DNA of 55,507 nucleotides from a virus. Lineage: Duplodnaviria > Caudoviricetes. The translations under genes were made by a program, and so were the position numbers. Location of the stretch: positions 1 to 55,507 of IMG/VR virus record IMGVR_UViG_3300036398_002854; one strand, 5' to 3'. The notes beneath the pieces were generated by a model that did not search any database, was not told where the DNA came from, and saw only the letters and a list, made by a program, of their open reading frames with translations. Within the stretch, counting starts at the first letter, position 1, and every line of letters begins with the position of its first letter. Positions 45,755-55,119 of this stretch are shown piece after piece.

Positions 45755-47290
45755 CTACACGCGAATATGAAGCGTATCAGACGCACGGCTCACGGCTACA
45801 TAACTTGCCGCCTGCCGATCTTCATGGTCCCTGATCGTCTCAAGGTTAGGCCAATCCACGAACACATGCTTGTATGTCGAGCCTTGCGCCTTATGCGCCG
45901 TGCTGGCGTGTTCATACAAGAGGACAGCGAATTGCTGTCGAAAACCAAAATAGTCCCGCGCCCAAAGTAGGCCGCGCAGCGACGACCAATTCTCTTTAGC
46001 TGGGAAGAAAACCCCTTCATCGGTGGTGAAGTCAAATGAGCGCAAGAAGTATTTAGGGTTCTTCCCCACCGTCTTCAGCAGCCAATCAACCTCCTGCGGC
46101 TTGAAGAACTTCTGTATCTGCGCTTCGGTCACGCGGTTCTTGTGCGCTTCGTCTATGCCGCCGCGCTCAAAACGCTTCTGCAACTCCTTGTCGATCTTGG
46201 TCAACCTGTCAGCAAAGGCGCGAATATTGCCAAGCGCATCTTCAAGCGTAGGCTTCAAGTGGTTGACATACATATCGAACGTCATGCCTTTCGCCTCGAA
46301 ATCCAGATTGGTTTCCGGGTTATGGAGGTAAAGGTCATAGTAAGGCACTTTGCGCTCAGAGAACGGATGTGTGGCCTCTGACAGAAAACCCGCATCGCGC
46401 ACAATGAGTTGGCTGTTGTTGTCCGCCGCCTTGATGCTGGAGTAACTACCCGTCTTGCTGCCGCGTGCCCAAATGAAGAAAGGCGCTTCGGTCAGGATGA
46501 CGCTTTCCTTGGGCATGAAGTCTGGTGGGTCGTCGCCATACAAAGCACGGCGCTTCATCTTGTTCAATTCGCTGACGCGCTTGTTGGTGTAGGCGACGGC
46601 GACCGCGTTTTCGGTGGCGACGAAAGTCTGCTCGAACTTGTCGCTGGAGTGGTAGGCGAACACGGTGTTGTTGTCGATAGCGTCTAGGTCAATCTGTCCT
46701 GTGGTGCGAACTGCCTTGCTGACAGCCACGATGCCTTGGCTGCCGCTGCGCATCACTTCATTGAGTTTGAAGCGAACGGGTATCTTCTCCACCGCCTCCA
46801 TGATGGATGTGCCCTTCACGGGGCGAAGCTGGGCAAAGTCGCCTGTCAGGATCGCTTGCGCTTGCGAGGCTTCGACCGCACGCTTGATGGCGCGCATGTC
46901 GGCAACATCAACCATCGAGATTTCATCAACAACCAGAAGCGACCCTGGCTGAAGTGTATCTCCGCCACCTCGCTTCCATTGCGCTTGGCCTTCTTCATCA
47001 GGGTCGTCCGTGGTTGACGGCGCCTTGCCAATCAGGGCAGAGACCGTTGTGGCAGAGACGGAAATGCCGTAGCGGGCAAGGGACTTCACCAGCACCGACT
47101 TGGCCTTGTGCGTCGGGCAAGCAACCATGATGGCGCGCTTGCTCGGCTCAAGGGCCTTGATGACATGGGAGATGGTGAAGGTCTTGCCGCTGCCCGCAGG
47201 GCCAAGAAGGAGCGCGAACGTATGCTCTTTCTTGGTGGCAAACTCAACCAATCCGTCCGCAGCTTGCTGCTGTAATGTGTTGAGGGTCAT
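45755..47290 (-). CDS. Dda/RecD-like SF1B helicase
   Basis: GPAGSGKT, CPTHKA, VDEISM, GDFAQL.PV, TAHKAQGST, YVAVSRA. Confidence 0.9.
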   Translation of the reverse strand: MTLNTLQQQAADGLVEFATKKEHTFALLLGPAGSGKTFTISHVIKALEPSKRAIMVACPTHKAKSVLVKSLARYGISVSATTVSALIGKAPSTTDDPDEEGQAQWKRGGGDTLQPGSLLVVDEISMVDVADMRAIKRAVEASQAQAILTGDFAQLRPVKGTSIMEAVEKIPVRFKLNEVMRSGSQGIVAVSKAVRTTGQIDLDAIDNNTVFAYHSSDKFEQTFVATENAVAVAYTNKRVSELNKMKRRALYGDDPPDFMPKESVILTEAPFFIWARGSKTGSYSSIKAADNNSQLIVRDAGFLSEATHPFSERKVPYYDLYLHNPETNLDFEAKGMTFDMYVNHLKPTLEDALGNIRAFADRLTKIDKELQKRFERGGIDEAHKNRVTEAQIQKFFKPQEVDWLLKTVGKNPKYFLRSFDFTTDEGVFFPAKENWSSLRGLLWARDYFGFRQQFAVLLYEHASTAHKAQGSTYKHVFVDWPNLETIRDHEDRQAASYVAVSRASDTLHIRV

Positions 47291-47756
47291 TTACGTTTGC
47301 ATAGCCTTCCGTGATCTTGGCGCGAACCGCTTCGTCGGGTTGGTCCTGATAGCGCCCACTATAGCCGCCTGTGGGGTTCTTGACAACGTGGAATACCACT
47401 TGGGCTATGGGTTGGCCCGCAAAGACGGTCAGAGGGTGATTTTGTTGGTTCTTCATTTCGATTGTTAAAAAGCCTTTCCACCCACTTTCGATAACCCCCA
47501 CCCCCACAAAAAGCCCCATGCGCGCGAGCGTGGACTTGTCGTGCAGAAAGCCGATCAGGTCATTCGGCACGTCAAAGTATTCGTAGGTGCTGGCGAGGGC
47601 AAATTCGCCTGGGAGCAGGGTGAGGCTTTGCTTGATGCGAACATCATACCCGCCCACGCTTGCGCCATAGGTCAGGCCCGTTGCCTCGTGGTAGGTGCGG
47701 GGCACGGCAGGGGAGAAGATTTTGCGCTCTAGGATTTCTTGGCCTGTGATGACCAT
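47244..47756 (-). CDS. dcd: dCTP deaminase
   Basis: GYDVRI, LLPGEFALA, KSTLARMG, IESGWKG.LTIE, IAQ, RYQDQ. Confidence 0.85.
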   Translation of the reverse strand: MVITGQEILERKIFSPAVPRTYHEATGLTYGASVGGYDVRIKQSLTLLPGEFALASTYEYFDVPNDLIGFLHDKSTLARMGLFVGVGVIESGWKGFLTIEMKNQQNHPLTVFAGQPIAQVVFHVVKNPTGGYSGRYQDQPDEAVRAKITEGYANVNDPQHITAASCGRIG

Positions 47757-47769
47757 AGGTTTTTGCCTT

Positions 47770-48240
47770 TTAGGGGAGGAGGATACTGCAAGCCATGTCA
47801 GCGGCAGTCTGTAGATCAGATGCTCGGAATGGGATAGCCTCGTCTAGCATGGCATGGTCGTAAATTTCACTGTCACCGAACTTGTAATACCCAATAACCG
47901 GAACACGGTGCGCGTATGCAAACGCAATTTCCATGACGGTGCCGATGGAGACATTTTGGCTGATAAGATTTGCGATAATCAGGTCTGCGGTGCGGCAGTC
48001 ATTGTAATCTCGTGCCATAATGGCCGCTGGCCTAGCAAGTGTGGAATACGCGCCATAGCCAAGTGTGCTTAGTGGGCCGTGATTCCTCAACACTTCCTTA
48101 CCCCGCAACGGGCTGTAACCTTTGATCCTGCCGTCACTCTTTTCGTCAAGGAGAGTGCTGATTTTCGTGCGCCACGCCTGCGCGTCGTCGTAAGTGAGAC
48201 CGCCGATAGGACCGGCGAGATAGACCTTCTTGTGCATCAT
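47770..48240 (-). CDS. Nucleoside 2-deoxyribosyltransferase-like / dNMP N-hydrolase
   Basis: VYLAGPI, RD..DC..AD, SIGTVMEI.FA. Confidence 0.8.
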   Translation of the reverse strand: MMHKKVYLAGPIGGLTYDDAQAWRTKISTLLDEKSDGRIKGYSPLRGKEVLRNHGPLSTLGYGAYSTLARPAAIMARDYNDCRTADLIIANLISQNVSIGTVMEIAFAYAHRVPVIGYYKFGDSEIYDHAMLDEAIPFRASDLQTAADMACSILLP

Positions 48241-48264
48241 TTTACTCCTTTAGATGGTTATTGT

Positions 48265-48663
48265 TTACTTGCCGTCAGCGCGCAGCCAATGGACCGTGCG
48301 GTCGTTGTCAATGATGCGGATGCCAAGACCCCATTGTGTGGCATACTTGAGTTCACCGTTCGTGACCAGCTTTTCCGCCAATTCGGCCACGGTGCAATCC
48401 TCATAATCGGGCTTGTCGCCCCACGCCGACGACCACCTATCACCGCAGCAGGGGCAGTCAGGCCCGTTATCTACACCGTTAAAATAGATGCCGTTCTTTA
48501 TGGCGATGCGGTCCGCTTGGCTCGCGGATGGGGCGCGAATGTAAGTTGAATAGCCCGCCTCCTCATCAAAACCGCCTCCTGAATTGTTCTGGCCGTAGCA
48601 CCACCAACCCATCTTCGGGGCGTCGGCCTTCAAAGCCTTCTCGGTCTCCAACTTCCACTTCAT
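48265..48663 (-). CDS. Conserved phage hypothetical protein
   Basis: QNNSGG.F, GIYFNGV..G.DCPCCGDRW. Confidence 0.65.
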   Translation of the reverse strand: MKWKLETEKALKADAPKMGWWCYGQNNSGGGFDEEAGYSTYIRAPSASQADRIAIKNGIYFNGVDNGPDCPCCGDRWSSAWGDKPDYEDCTVAELAEKLVTNGELKYATQWGLGIRIIDNDRTVHWLRADGK

Positions 48664-48758
48664 CGCTTTTGCCCTTTCGTTCTTCGCCCTTGACCCACAA
48701 GGGCAAGGCGTGGCATAGCCTAGGTCGCTCCTCAACGCAAGCGGGAAAATTTTGGAAA

Positions 48759-49202
48759 ATGCAGATCAACATGGGTGAGCCGTATTGGCTTTTCGACAGG
48801 AAGCAGGTTCAGCGGCTAGAGCCTCAAGCGATTTACGTAGGTGACTTGGCGGTGCAGAGCCAGAAGGGGGTGTGGTCGGGCATCCCCGTGGCGGTGTTCT
48901 ACACGCCTGAGCCGCGCGAAGGCTACACCAACCACTACTTCGGCGTCTACAAGTCCCAAACCCGGCACGACATGCCGACTTGGATGATTTGCGACGCCAC
49001 ATCCGCCGCAGAGCATACGTGGGGTGGCTTGGAAATGAAGGGGGAAGTCATCTTCTCGCGCTGGCGCCACGACTTCAGGACGTTCTCGTTTGGTGGTCCT
49101 TATGTTGATGGTGGCCCTGATTACATGCGTGTCGTGGGTCTGCAAGAAATTGCAAAACCCGTTCGCCTTCGTCTCGTCAACGGCATCTTCAAGGTGATCT
49201 AA
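48759..49202 (+). CDS. Conserved phage hypothetical protein
   Basis: VFY...P...NHYFG, FSRWRHDF, VDGG.DY.R; first gene of the rightward unit. Confidence 0.6.
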   Translation: MQINMGEPYWLFDRKQVQRLEPQAIYVGDLAVQSQKGVWSGIPVAVFYTPEPREGYTNHYFGVYKSQTRHDMPTWMICDATSAAEHTWGGLEMKGEVIFSRWRHDFRTFSFGGPYVDGGPDYMRVVGLQEIAKPVRLRLVNGIFKVI

Positions 49203-49203
49203 G

Positions 49204-52200
49204 TTGCACTTTATCTTTGCCTGCGACCATCCCCAGCGCAAGACGTTCACCATGGGAGGCAGCTTCAAGCCGACGCAGAAGCCCGCGAAGTTCAACACGT
49301 ATTGGATTTCGGACCAGGACGCGGGCGTTGACAGCCTGGAAACGCTCTTGGCTGCAATCAAAAAGCGCCTCGCTCACAAGAAAAAGCCGGAAAACTTCGC
49401 GGTGATGCGCGGGGTGTGGCACGCCGAAGATGAGATGTGGCGCCTTGAGGAGCAGCGTAAAACCTCTGTTGCTGAACGCGCTGCTAAGGGCAATGAAGTC
49501 CCTGCCTCGCAAATGATCCCTGCCGTCAGGAAGGGCGAGGGTCGTAGCCATTACCTGCGCCGTAAGCCGTATATCATAGACGCGCCTATCTCTTGGGTGT
49601 GCTTCGATTTCGACGGCTTGCAAATCGAAGGCATGGGCGATTTTGATGTGGCCAATCCGGTGCCTTGGGCGCAGAAGGCCATTCAGATGGAACTCGGCCC
49701 GGATTTCGCGGTGGTAGACTACGTGCTTCAGCTTTCTTCCTCAGCGGGGTTGAAGCCGGGGATTTCGGCTCATTGCTGGTTTTGGCTGGATAAGCCGATG
49801 GATGGGGCGGCGTGGAAGGCATGGTATGCGCGAAGGACGCGCGAATTGGGCCGCGCGCCACGTATTGATAAAACTCTTTTCGACCGTGAACGCATCCACT
49901 ACATCGCCACGCCAAAATTCGATGGTGGTGTCATCGACCCTGTGGCCGATGCGGTTCAGGACCGCTTTATTCTTGTCAAGAATGTCGAAGCGGATGTGGT
50001 TTTGCGCGACTTCGCCGCCTTGGAGACGGAGGCGGAGGCTAAGCGCGAAGCCATTGAAGTTGATTTTTCCGACGAGAGCGAGCGCGCTCAGGAAGCGTTC
50101 AACCGCCCCGGCGTGATTGGCGCCTTCAATCGCTGCTTCTCCATGTCCGATACGATCAATCGCTTCCTCTCTGAGCATTATCGTATCGACAGCGCGGACG
50201 GACGGGTGACGTGGTTGAAAAGCGAGCAGCCGGGCGGATGCAAGATTGTGGCGGGGAACACGCGGATGTTCTCAACGCACAACAGCGATCCACTAGGGCA
50301 TTTTGTCGGCACCGCTTTTGACCATGTTCAGGCCGTGTTGTTCGATGACGATTACACGTCAACCGCAGAGTGGGCGCGCACGTTGCCTGAAGTCGAAGCG
50401 GAGATGGAGCGCGTCGAACTCGGGGTGTTTGACGACGAAGCGCCGACAGAATCTTTCGCCCCAACCATCAGCGTCAGGGATGAAGCGGTCAAGCCCGTGA
50501 AGGTCGAGACCCCGGAAGACGTGATGGCAGAATACCCTATGCCAAAGAAATGGCATGGTCAGGATGCCTCCTACCGCCTCACGGACGGGACGTGGTGGTA
50601 TGGCTATGAGAAGGCGGAGGAAGAGGACGAAGAAGGCTCGAAAAAGAAAAAGAAGGGCAACCGCTTCGTGAGTCTCTGGACGCCGATTACCTTTGTCCGC
50701 GAATTTATCTCGGCCAACACCGGAGAGATTACAACCGAATACAAGCTGCGGGACAAGTGGGGCAAACCCGTTTCGGTGATGATCGAAAAAGGCAAGGTGG
50801 TCACGGCGCCAACGGAAGTGCTTGGCAAGCTGCATAGCCTTGGGTGGTTGTTTGAGATCAACGCCGACAAGGCGTTCGTCCACTACATGCGCGTGAAGTC
50901 CCCCGACGTGATCTATACCTCGTTGGATAGTCGGGGTTGGGACAAAAAGGGGTTGGCGTTCGCCGCGCCCAACGGCGCCATCTTCGGCGCCTCCAACGCC
51001 ATCCTTCGGCCAGATTTGGTGGTGGGTGAGAAGGTTGCCCGTGGTGGCAGCCTTGAGGGTTGGCGTGGTGTGGTGAATGACGTTTTGGCGTTGGAGGGGT
51101 GCGCGCATTGGGCATTGGCCATCGCCGCAGGATTTGTGGGTCCATTGGTTGGGTTGCTGAATGTCCCGACGAGTGGTTTGGCCCTGTGCGGCGAGACCTC
51201 CAAGGGCAAGACGACCGCATTGAAATTGGCCGTGTCGGCTTGGACTTCGCCAGACCCACAAGCCAATCGTGATGGTGGCCTCTTGGTCAGCCTGCGTGGC
51301 ACGTCGAACTCGGTGGACGTGTTGGCGGAAAACGCCAACCATACCGTCCTGGCCTTGGATGAGACAGCCATGATGCAGGCGAAGGACTTGGAGAGCCTAG
51401 TGTTTTCCGTGACCTCCGGTGCAGGCAAGGCGCGCATGAACATCACGGGGCAAGGGTTGCGGAAGTCGTCGGTGTGGCAGACGTTCGTTCTGATTTCCGG
51501 TGAACAGAGCCTCGCCCAACGATTCGAGGATGCGACCGGGAAGAAGATGGCGAAGGGCGCTGCGGCACGGTTGCTGGACGTGGATGTGGATGCGTTGGAC
51601 GTGACGGTGAGTGACCTTGATGCGTTGCGGCGTATCGAGGGCGGGATGCTGGAGAATTTTGGATGGGCGGGGCCAGCCTTTGTGCAGGGGTTGGTTGGCG
51701 GTGGCTACCTTGATCGGGTCGGGGAGTTGCAGGTCCGCTTAGATCAGTTGATGAAGGGGCTGAATAAGGGGGAAGCTGGGTTGGTGGGCCGCGCTGCGCG
51801 TGTGGCCGCGCTGTTGCTGCTCGGGGCGGAATTGGCGGAGGAGTTTGGCGTGTTGTCGGTGAGCAACGCCAAGAGTGTGGCTAATGCGGTTGACGTGATT
51901 TGGGGCGATTTCTCAGAAAGCAAGGCGGCTAATCCGCAGGAAACGATGGTGGGGGAAGTGCGTCAGTGGATCGCCTCGCGCCTCAATATGTCGATCTTTT
52001 CGATTGATGACATCGCCCGCCACAGCGTCGAAGCGGATGGGTGGTACGACGGTGATCTGATCTACTTGCTGGCTAACCGCATCACGAAACCAAGCAAAGG
52101 CGCCGCCCAAGAAAAGGCGGTCGTGAAGGCTTTGGAGGGTGCAGGGGTGATGCAGCGCCAATGGAAGGACCGCACCAAGTCGTCATATATCCCGAAACGC

Positions 52201-52290
52201 GGTTCCGGGATCGTGCATTACCGCGTCGACGCCGCCAAACTCGGGTTGGTTCTCAGCCCGGATTTCGAGGAAGCAGCGCCAGAAAAATAG
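49204..52290 (+). CDS. Primase-helicase replication protein with DUF927 domain
   Basis: N-terminal DFD...SSSAG...HCWFWL...HY primase-like motifs; Walker A GETSKGKTT, Walker B LALDE, SGE, ARLL, NFGWAG. Confidence 0.8.
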   Translation: MHFIFACDHPQRKTFTMGGSFKPTQKPAKFNTYWISDQDAGVDSLETLLAAIKKRLAHKKKPENFAVMRGVWHAEDEMWRLEEQRKTSVAERAAKGNEVPASQMIPAVRKGEGRSHYLRRKPYIIDAPISWVCFDFDGLQIEGMGDFDVANPVPWAQKAIQMELGPDFAVVDYVLQLSSSAGLKPGISAHCWFWLDKPMDGAAWKAWYARRTRELGRAPRIDKTLFDRERIHYIATPKFDGGVIDPVADAVQDRFILVKNVEADVVLRDFAALETEAEAKREAIEVDFSDESERAQEAFNRPGVIGAFNRCFSMSDTINRFLSEHYRIDSADGRVTWLKSEQPGGCKIVAGNTRMFSTHNSDPLGHFVGTAFDHVQAVLFDDDYTSTAEWARTLPEVEAEMERVELGVFDDEAPTESFAPTISVRDEAVKPVKVETPEDVMAEYPMPKKWHGQDASYRLTDGTWWYGYEKAEEEDEEGSKKKKKGNRFVSLWTPITFVREFISANTGEITTEYKLRDKWGKPVSVMIEKGKVVTAPTEVLGKLHSLGWLFEINADKAFVHYMRVKSPDVIYTSLDSRGWDKKGLAFAAPNGAIFGASNAILRPDLVVGEKVARGGSLEGWRGVVNDVLALEGCAHWALAIAAGFVGPLVGLLNVPTSGLALCGETSKGKTTALKLAVSAWTSPDPQANRDGGLLVSLRGTSNSVDVLAENANHTVLALDETAMMQAKDLESLVFSVTSGAGKARMNITGQGLRKSSVWQTFVLISGEQSLAQRFEDATGKKMAKGAAARLLDVDVDALDVTVSDLDALRRIEGGMLENFGWAGPAFVQGLVGGGYLDRVGELQVRLDQLMKGLNKGEAGLVGRAARVAALLLLGAELAEEFGVLSVSNAKSVANAVDVIWGDFSESKAANPQETMVGEVRQWIASRLNMSIFSIDDIARHSVEADGWYDGDLIYLLANRITKPSKGAAQEKAVVKALEGAGVMQRQWKDRTKSSYIPKRGSGIVHYRVDAAKLGLVLSPDFEEAAPEK

Positions 52291-52314
52291 AAAAAATATT
52301 TTTTCGAATTATGG

Positions 52315-52356
52315 AAAATACCCCGGCATTTATGAAAAATGCCGGGGTATTTTTTT
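52315..52356 (+). terminator. Intrinsic terminator
   Basis: aaaataccccggcattt...aaatgccggggtatttttt. Confidence 0.75.
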
Positions 52357-52377
52357 CTACAACGCCAAACACGGTGC

Positions 52378-52730
52378 GTTTTGGGCGGTTTTCGGTAGAC
52401 CGCCCAAAATTGGGCGCGTTTTGGGCGGTTTTTTTTGCCGTAAGTAGTTGAAATCATTAGTTTTGGGCGGTTTGGGCGGTTTGGGCGGTGTTTTGAGAGA
52501 GGCTCTATAATAGGCATAGGGGATAAAAGAAAAAAAATAATTAAATACGGTTGTGGATTTATTTATTTTTCTTCCTATCTATCTTATAAGATAGATAAAA
52601 AGACCGCCCAAACCGCCCAAAGCGCCCAAAACCGCGAAACGCCCCCTAAAATCAAGGGTTTATTTTTGGGCGGTTTTGTTTTCGGCTCCGCCCAAAAAAC
52701 GCCCACCCGCCCAAAACCGTCCAAGGCTTG
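52378..52730. repeat. Putative replication origin: TTGGGCGG/CCGCCCAA repeats around an AT-rich core
   Basis: About ten copies, largely in opposite orientation on the two sides of a very AT-rich ~52505-52600 stretch; directly after the primase-helicase gene. Confidence 0.65.
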
Positions 52731-52764
52731 AAAACGCCCTTTGGCGCCGTCCATACAGCCTCCC

Positions 52765-53373
52765 ATGACCGTTCTGATCTTCGACACAGAGACTTCCGGC
52801 CTTGTGGATCGGCGCTTCGAGGCTGAAGACCCGCAGCAGCCTGACGTGGTGCAGTTGGCGGCGCTGCTGTGCGGCGATGACGGTAAGGTGCTTTCTTCAT
52901 TGTCGGTGTTGCTCCGCCCCGCGCTGCGCCCTATCGAACCGGGCGCTGCCAAGGTCCATGGCATCACGCAAGCGATGGCGCAGGAACACGGCTTGAACGC
53001 CACACAGGCGCTTATTTTGTTCGGGGCTATGGTAGACAAGGCGGACGTGCTGGTGGCGCACAACCTCTCCTTCGACGCCCTAGTGCTGCGGACGGCGTGG
53101 CACCGCGCCTTTGACGAAGATTTCCGTGTCAGGCTTTTTGGCAAGCGAGCGTTTTGCACGATGAAGGCGATGACCCCCGTGTGCAAAATCCTGAACGGTC
53201 GCTCGCGCCACAAGACCGACTACAAGTGGCCCAAGCTCAGCGAGTGCATCGAGTTCCTGTTTGGCGAACGCTTGGAGGGCGCGCACGACGCCCTTGTGGA
53301 CGCGAAGGCGTGTGCGCGGATATACTTCGAGTTGCAACGCAGGAAGGGTCTTGCGGACACTCAGGAGGAATAG
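52765..53373 (+). CDS. DEDDh 3'-5' exonuclease (DnaQ-like)
   Basis: IFDTETSG, VHGIT, VAHNLSFD, FCTM, AHDALVD. Confidence 0.9.
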   Translation: MTVLIFDTETSGLVDRRFEAEDPQQPDVVQLAALLCGDDGKVLSSLSVLLRPALRPIEPGAAKVHGITQAMAQEHGLNATQALILFGAMVDKADVLVAHNLSFDALVLRTAWHRAFDEDFRVRLFGKRAFCTMKAMTPVCKILNGRSRHKTDYKWPKLSECIEFLFGERLEGAHDALVDAKACARIYFELQRRKGLADTQEE

Positions 53374-53376
53374 GCC

Positions 53377-53547
53377 ATGCCGCTGAAGCAGGGTTACGGC
53401 AAGAAGACCATCTCGGAGAACATCGCCAAGGAAGTGCGCTCCGGGCGGGACACAAAGCAGGCGGTGGCCATCGCCTATTCCGTGGCCAACAAGGCCCGCA
53501 AGAAGGCGGGCAAGCCGCCTCTGAAGCAGAAGGGCATGAAGGACTAG
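53377..53547 (+). CDS. Small basic protein, 56 aa (DUF6496-like); not in ORF track
   Basis: Translated by hand: [43 protein letters not shown]...; AGGAGG RBS. Confidence 0.7.
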   Translation: MPLKQGYGKKTISENIAKEVRSGRDTKQAVAIAYSVANKARKKAGKPPLKQKGMKD

Positions 53548-53673
53548 GCTGCCACCAGAAGCGGCCCTAGGCGCCTCCTAGGGCCGCTTGACACGTCCTG
53601 CCTGCTAGGCTACTTGCCTACCTAGGGCGCCGCCCCACAACCGTTTTAACCGCATCAATTCCCAAGGAAGACC

Positions 53674-54051
53674 ATGCACGAGAACCAGCAGCCTTTTACC
53701 GGGCTATACAACACAAACGGCTTGCCGCCTTTTGATGTTCCCCATTCCACCAAGGACGCGCGTGAGCGTATCATCCAACTGACCACGGCGATTGCGTCGA
53801 TTGATGACCAGTGCAAGTATCGTGAGATCAGCAACACGCTTGACCCTGAGTGGTTCAAGCGCGCCATGACTTCCAAGCGGTTCAAGTCGCTTGAGATGCA
53901 GCGCCTCCAGGCGTGGTTGGATGAGCGCCTTGATAGCGGCGCCATGACGCTCGATGAAGCCATTCTCGCCGTTGTTCGCAACGACTACTCGGATAGCGAG
54001 TGGGAAAGTGTTATGGCGGAGGCGCGGGACATGGTGGCGCAGAACCAATGA
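53674..54051 (+). CDS. Hypothetical protein
   Basis: AAGGA RBS; TTGACA upstream at 53588; coupled to next gene. Confidence 0.55.
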   Translation: MHENQQPFTGLYNTNGLPPFDVPHSTKDARERIIQLTTAIASIDDQCKYREISNTLDPEWFKRAMTSKRFKSLEMQRLQAWLDERLDSGAMTLDEAILAVVRNDYSDSEWESVMAEARDMVAQNQ

Positions 54052-54419
54052 ACAGCGATGTTGCCTACTCCGCTAATGTTCTGACCACGGCTTGCCACCT
54101 TGCCTCCAAGCGGGCAGGGTGGTGGGACGGCATCAATCCTCGCGAACCATACGTCATCGCCACCAAACTCATGCTCGCCGTGAGTGAGTTGGCTGAGGCG
54201 ATGGAGGGGGCGCGCAAGGGCCTGAAAGACGACAAGCTGCCTGAGAAGGAGATGCTTGAAGTCGAGTTGGCTGATTGCGTGATTCGTGTTTTCGATTTGG
54301 CGGGTGCTTTGGGCTATAGCGATTTTGGCGGCACGCTTGCTGCCAAGATGGCCTACAATGCGACGCGGGTTGACCACAAGAAGGAAAGCAGGGAGGCTGA
54401 AGGTGGAAATCGCTTTTAA
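54048..54419 (+). CDS. MazG-like NTP pyrophosphohydrolase
   Basis: SELAEAMEG...EVELADCVIR.FDLAG...KMAYN. Confidence 0.8.
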   Translation: MNSDVAYSANVLTTACHLASKRAGWWDGINPREPYVIATKLMLAVSELAEAMEGARKGLKDDKLPEKEMLEVELADCVIRVFDLAGALGYSDFGGTLAAKMAYNATRVDHKKESREAEGGNRF

Positions 54420-55038
54420 CGTAGACTACGTAGATGAGCGCCTTGTTGCCCGGCATAATTTAGAGAAGCAAGGCAGGGCAGTCGAAGGATTGGCGTATGT
54501 GGTAGGTATGCCTTTTTCCGCAGTCGTGGATCGCATCACGAGCACATACCAATACAATCGGATTGTTGTTTTTAGTGGCGTCGGTAAGTCTGGCTTGGTA
54601 GGACGTTATCTGGCGTCGTGCTTCAACGCTATCGGTGTCTCCAGCGTTTTTCTATCACCCTCAGAAGCCGTTCACGGCGACCTAGGAGTGTTGCACGCGG
54701 CTGGCGTTTTGATTGCGTTATCTGTTTCCGGTAAGACAAAAGAATTAAAGCCGGTGATGGCCTGCGCGCGTAATATACAGTTAAACACATATCTCATCAC
54801 GGCAGGCGACGAGAAATGCCCCCTTGCTGCCAAGGCTACGGGCACGCTATTTCTGCCCCCGCTTCCTGAAATCGACCCATCAGGTATGCTCCCACTCAAG
54901 GCTTCTCTAATGCAAATGGCGCTAGGCAACGCCATCATCGCTGCGGTGTCTGACAGGATCGAATTTAGTAGAGAGCGATTGGCGTATTTGCACCCAGGCG
55001 GTGCGATTGGCGAGGCTTTGAAGGAAAGCGCCGGATAG
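54403..55038 (+). CDS. Arabinose-5-phosphate isomerase-like SIS protein (KdsD/KpsF/GutQ family), no CBS domains
   Basis: GVGKSG, FLSPSEAVHGDLG, LS.SG.T.E, LHPGGAIG; GTG start with GGAGG RBS. Confidence 0.8.
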   Translation: MEIAFNVDYVDERLVARHNLEKQGRAVEGLAYVVGMPFSAVVDRITSTYQYNRIVVFSGVGKSGLVGRYLASCFNAIGVSSVFLSPSEAVHGDLGVLHAAGVLIALSVSGKTKELKPVMACARNIQLNTYLITAGDEKCPLAAKATGTLFLPPLPEIDPSGMLPLKASLMQMALGNAIIAAVSDRIEFSRERLAYLHPGGAIGEALKESAG

Positions 55039-55056
55039 GCGCTTTCTTTTTTGTTT
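55025..55056 (+). terminator. Intrinsic terminator
   Basis: aaagcgcc-ggata-ggcgcttt followed by T-run. Confidence 0.55.
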
Positions 55057-55119
55057 CCGAAAGCCCTCGGATAGTCTGAAAAATTTTGCCGGTTCAAAAT
55101 TCTTGAAAGGTTTTTGCAA

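Noticed and set aside
47244-47290. 47-bp overlap of dcd and helicase as a recoding site
   Set aside because: Both proteins have complete motif sets; a C-terminal extension of dcd explains it
53560-53630. CTAG-rich palindromes, and apparently frequent CTA codons, as a restriction-avoidance signal
   Set aside because: Only an impression; it needs k-mer counts. The local hairpin plus TTGACA fits a simple terminator/promoter
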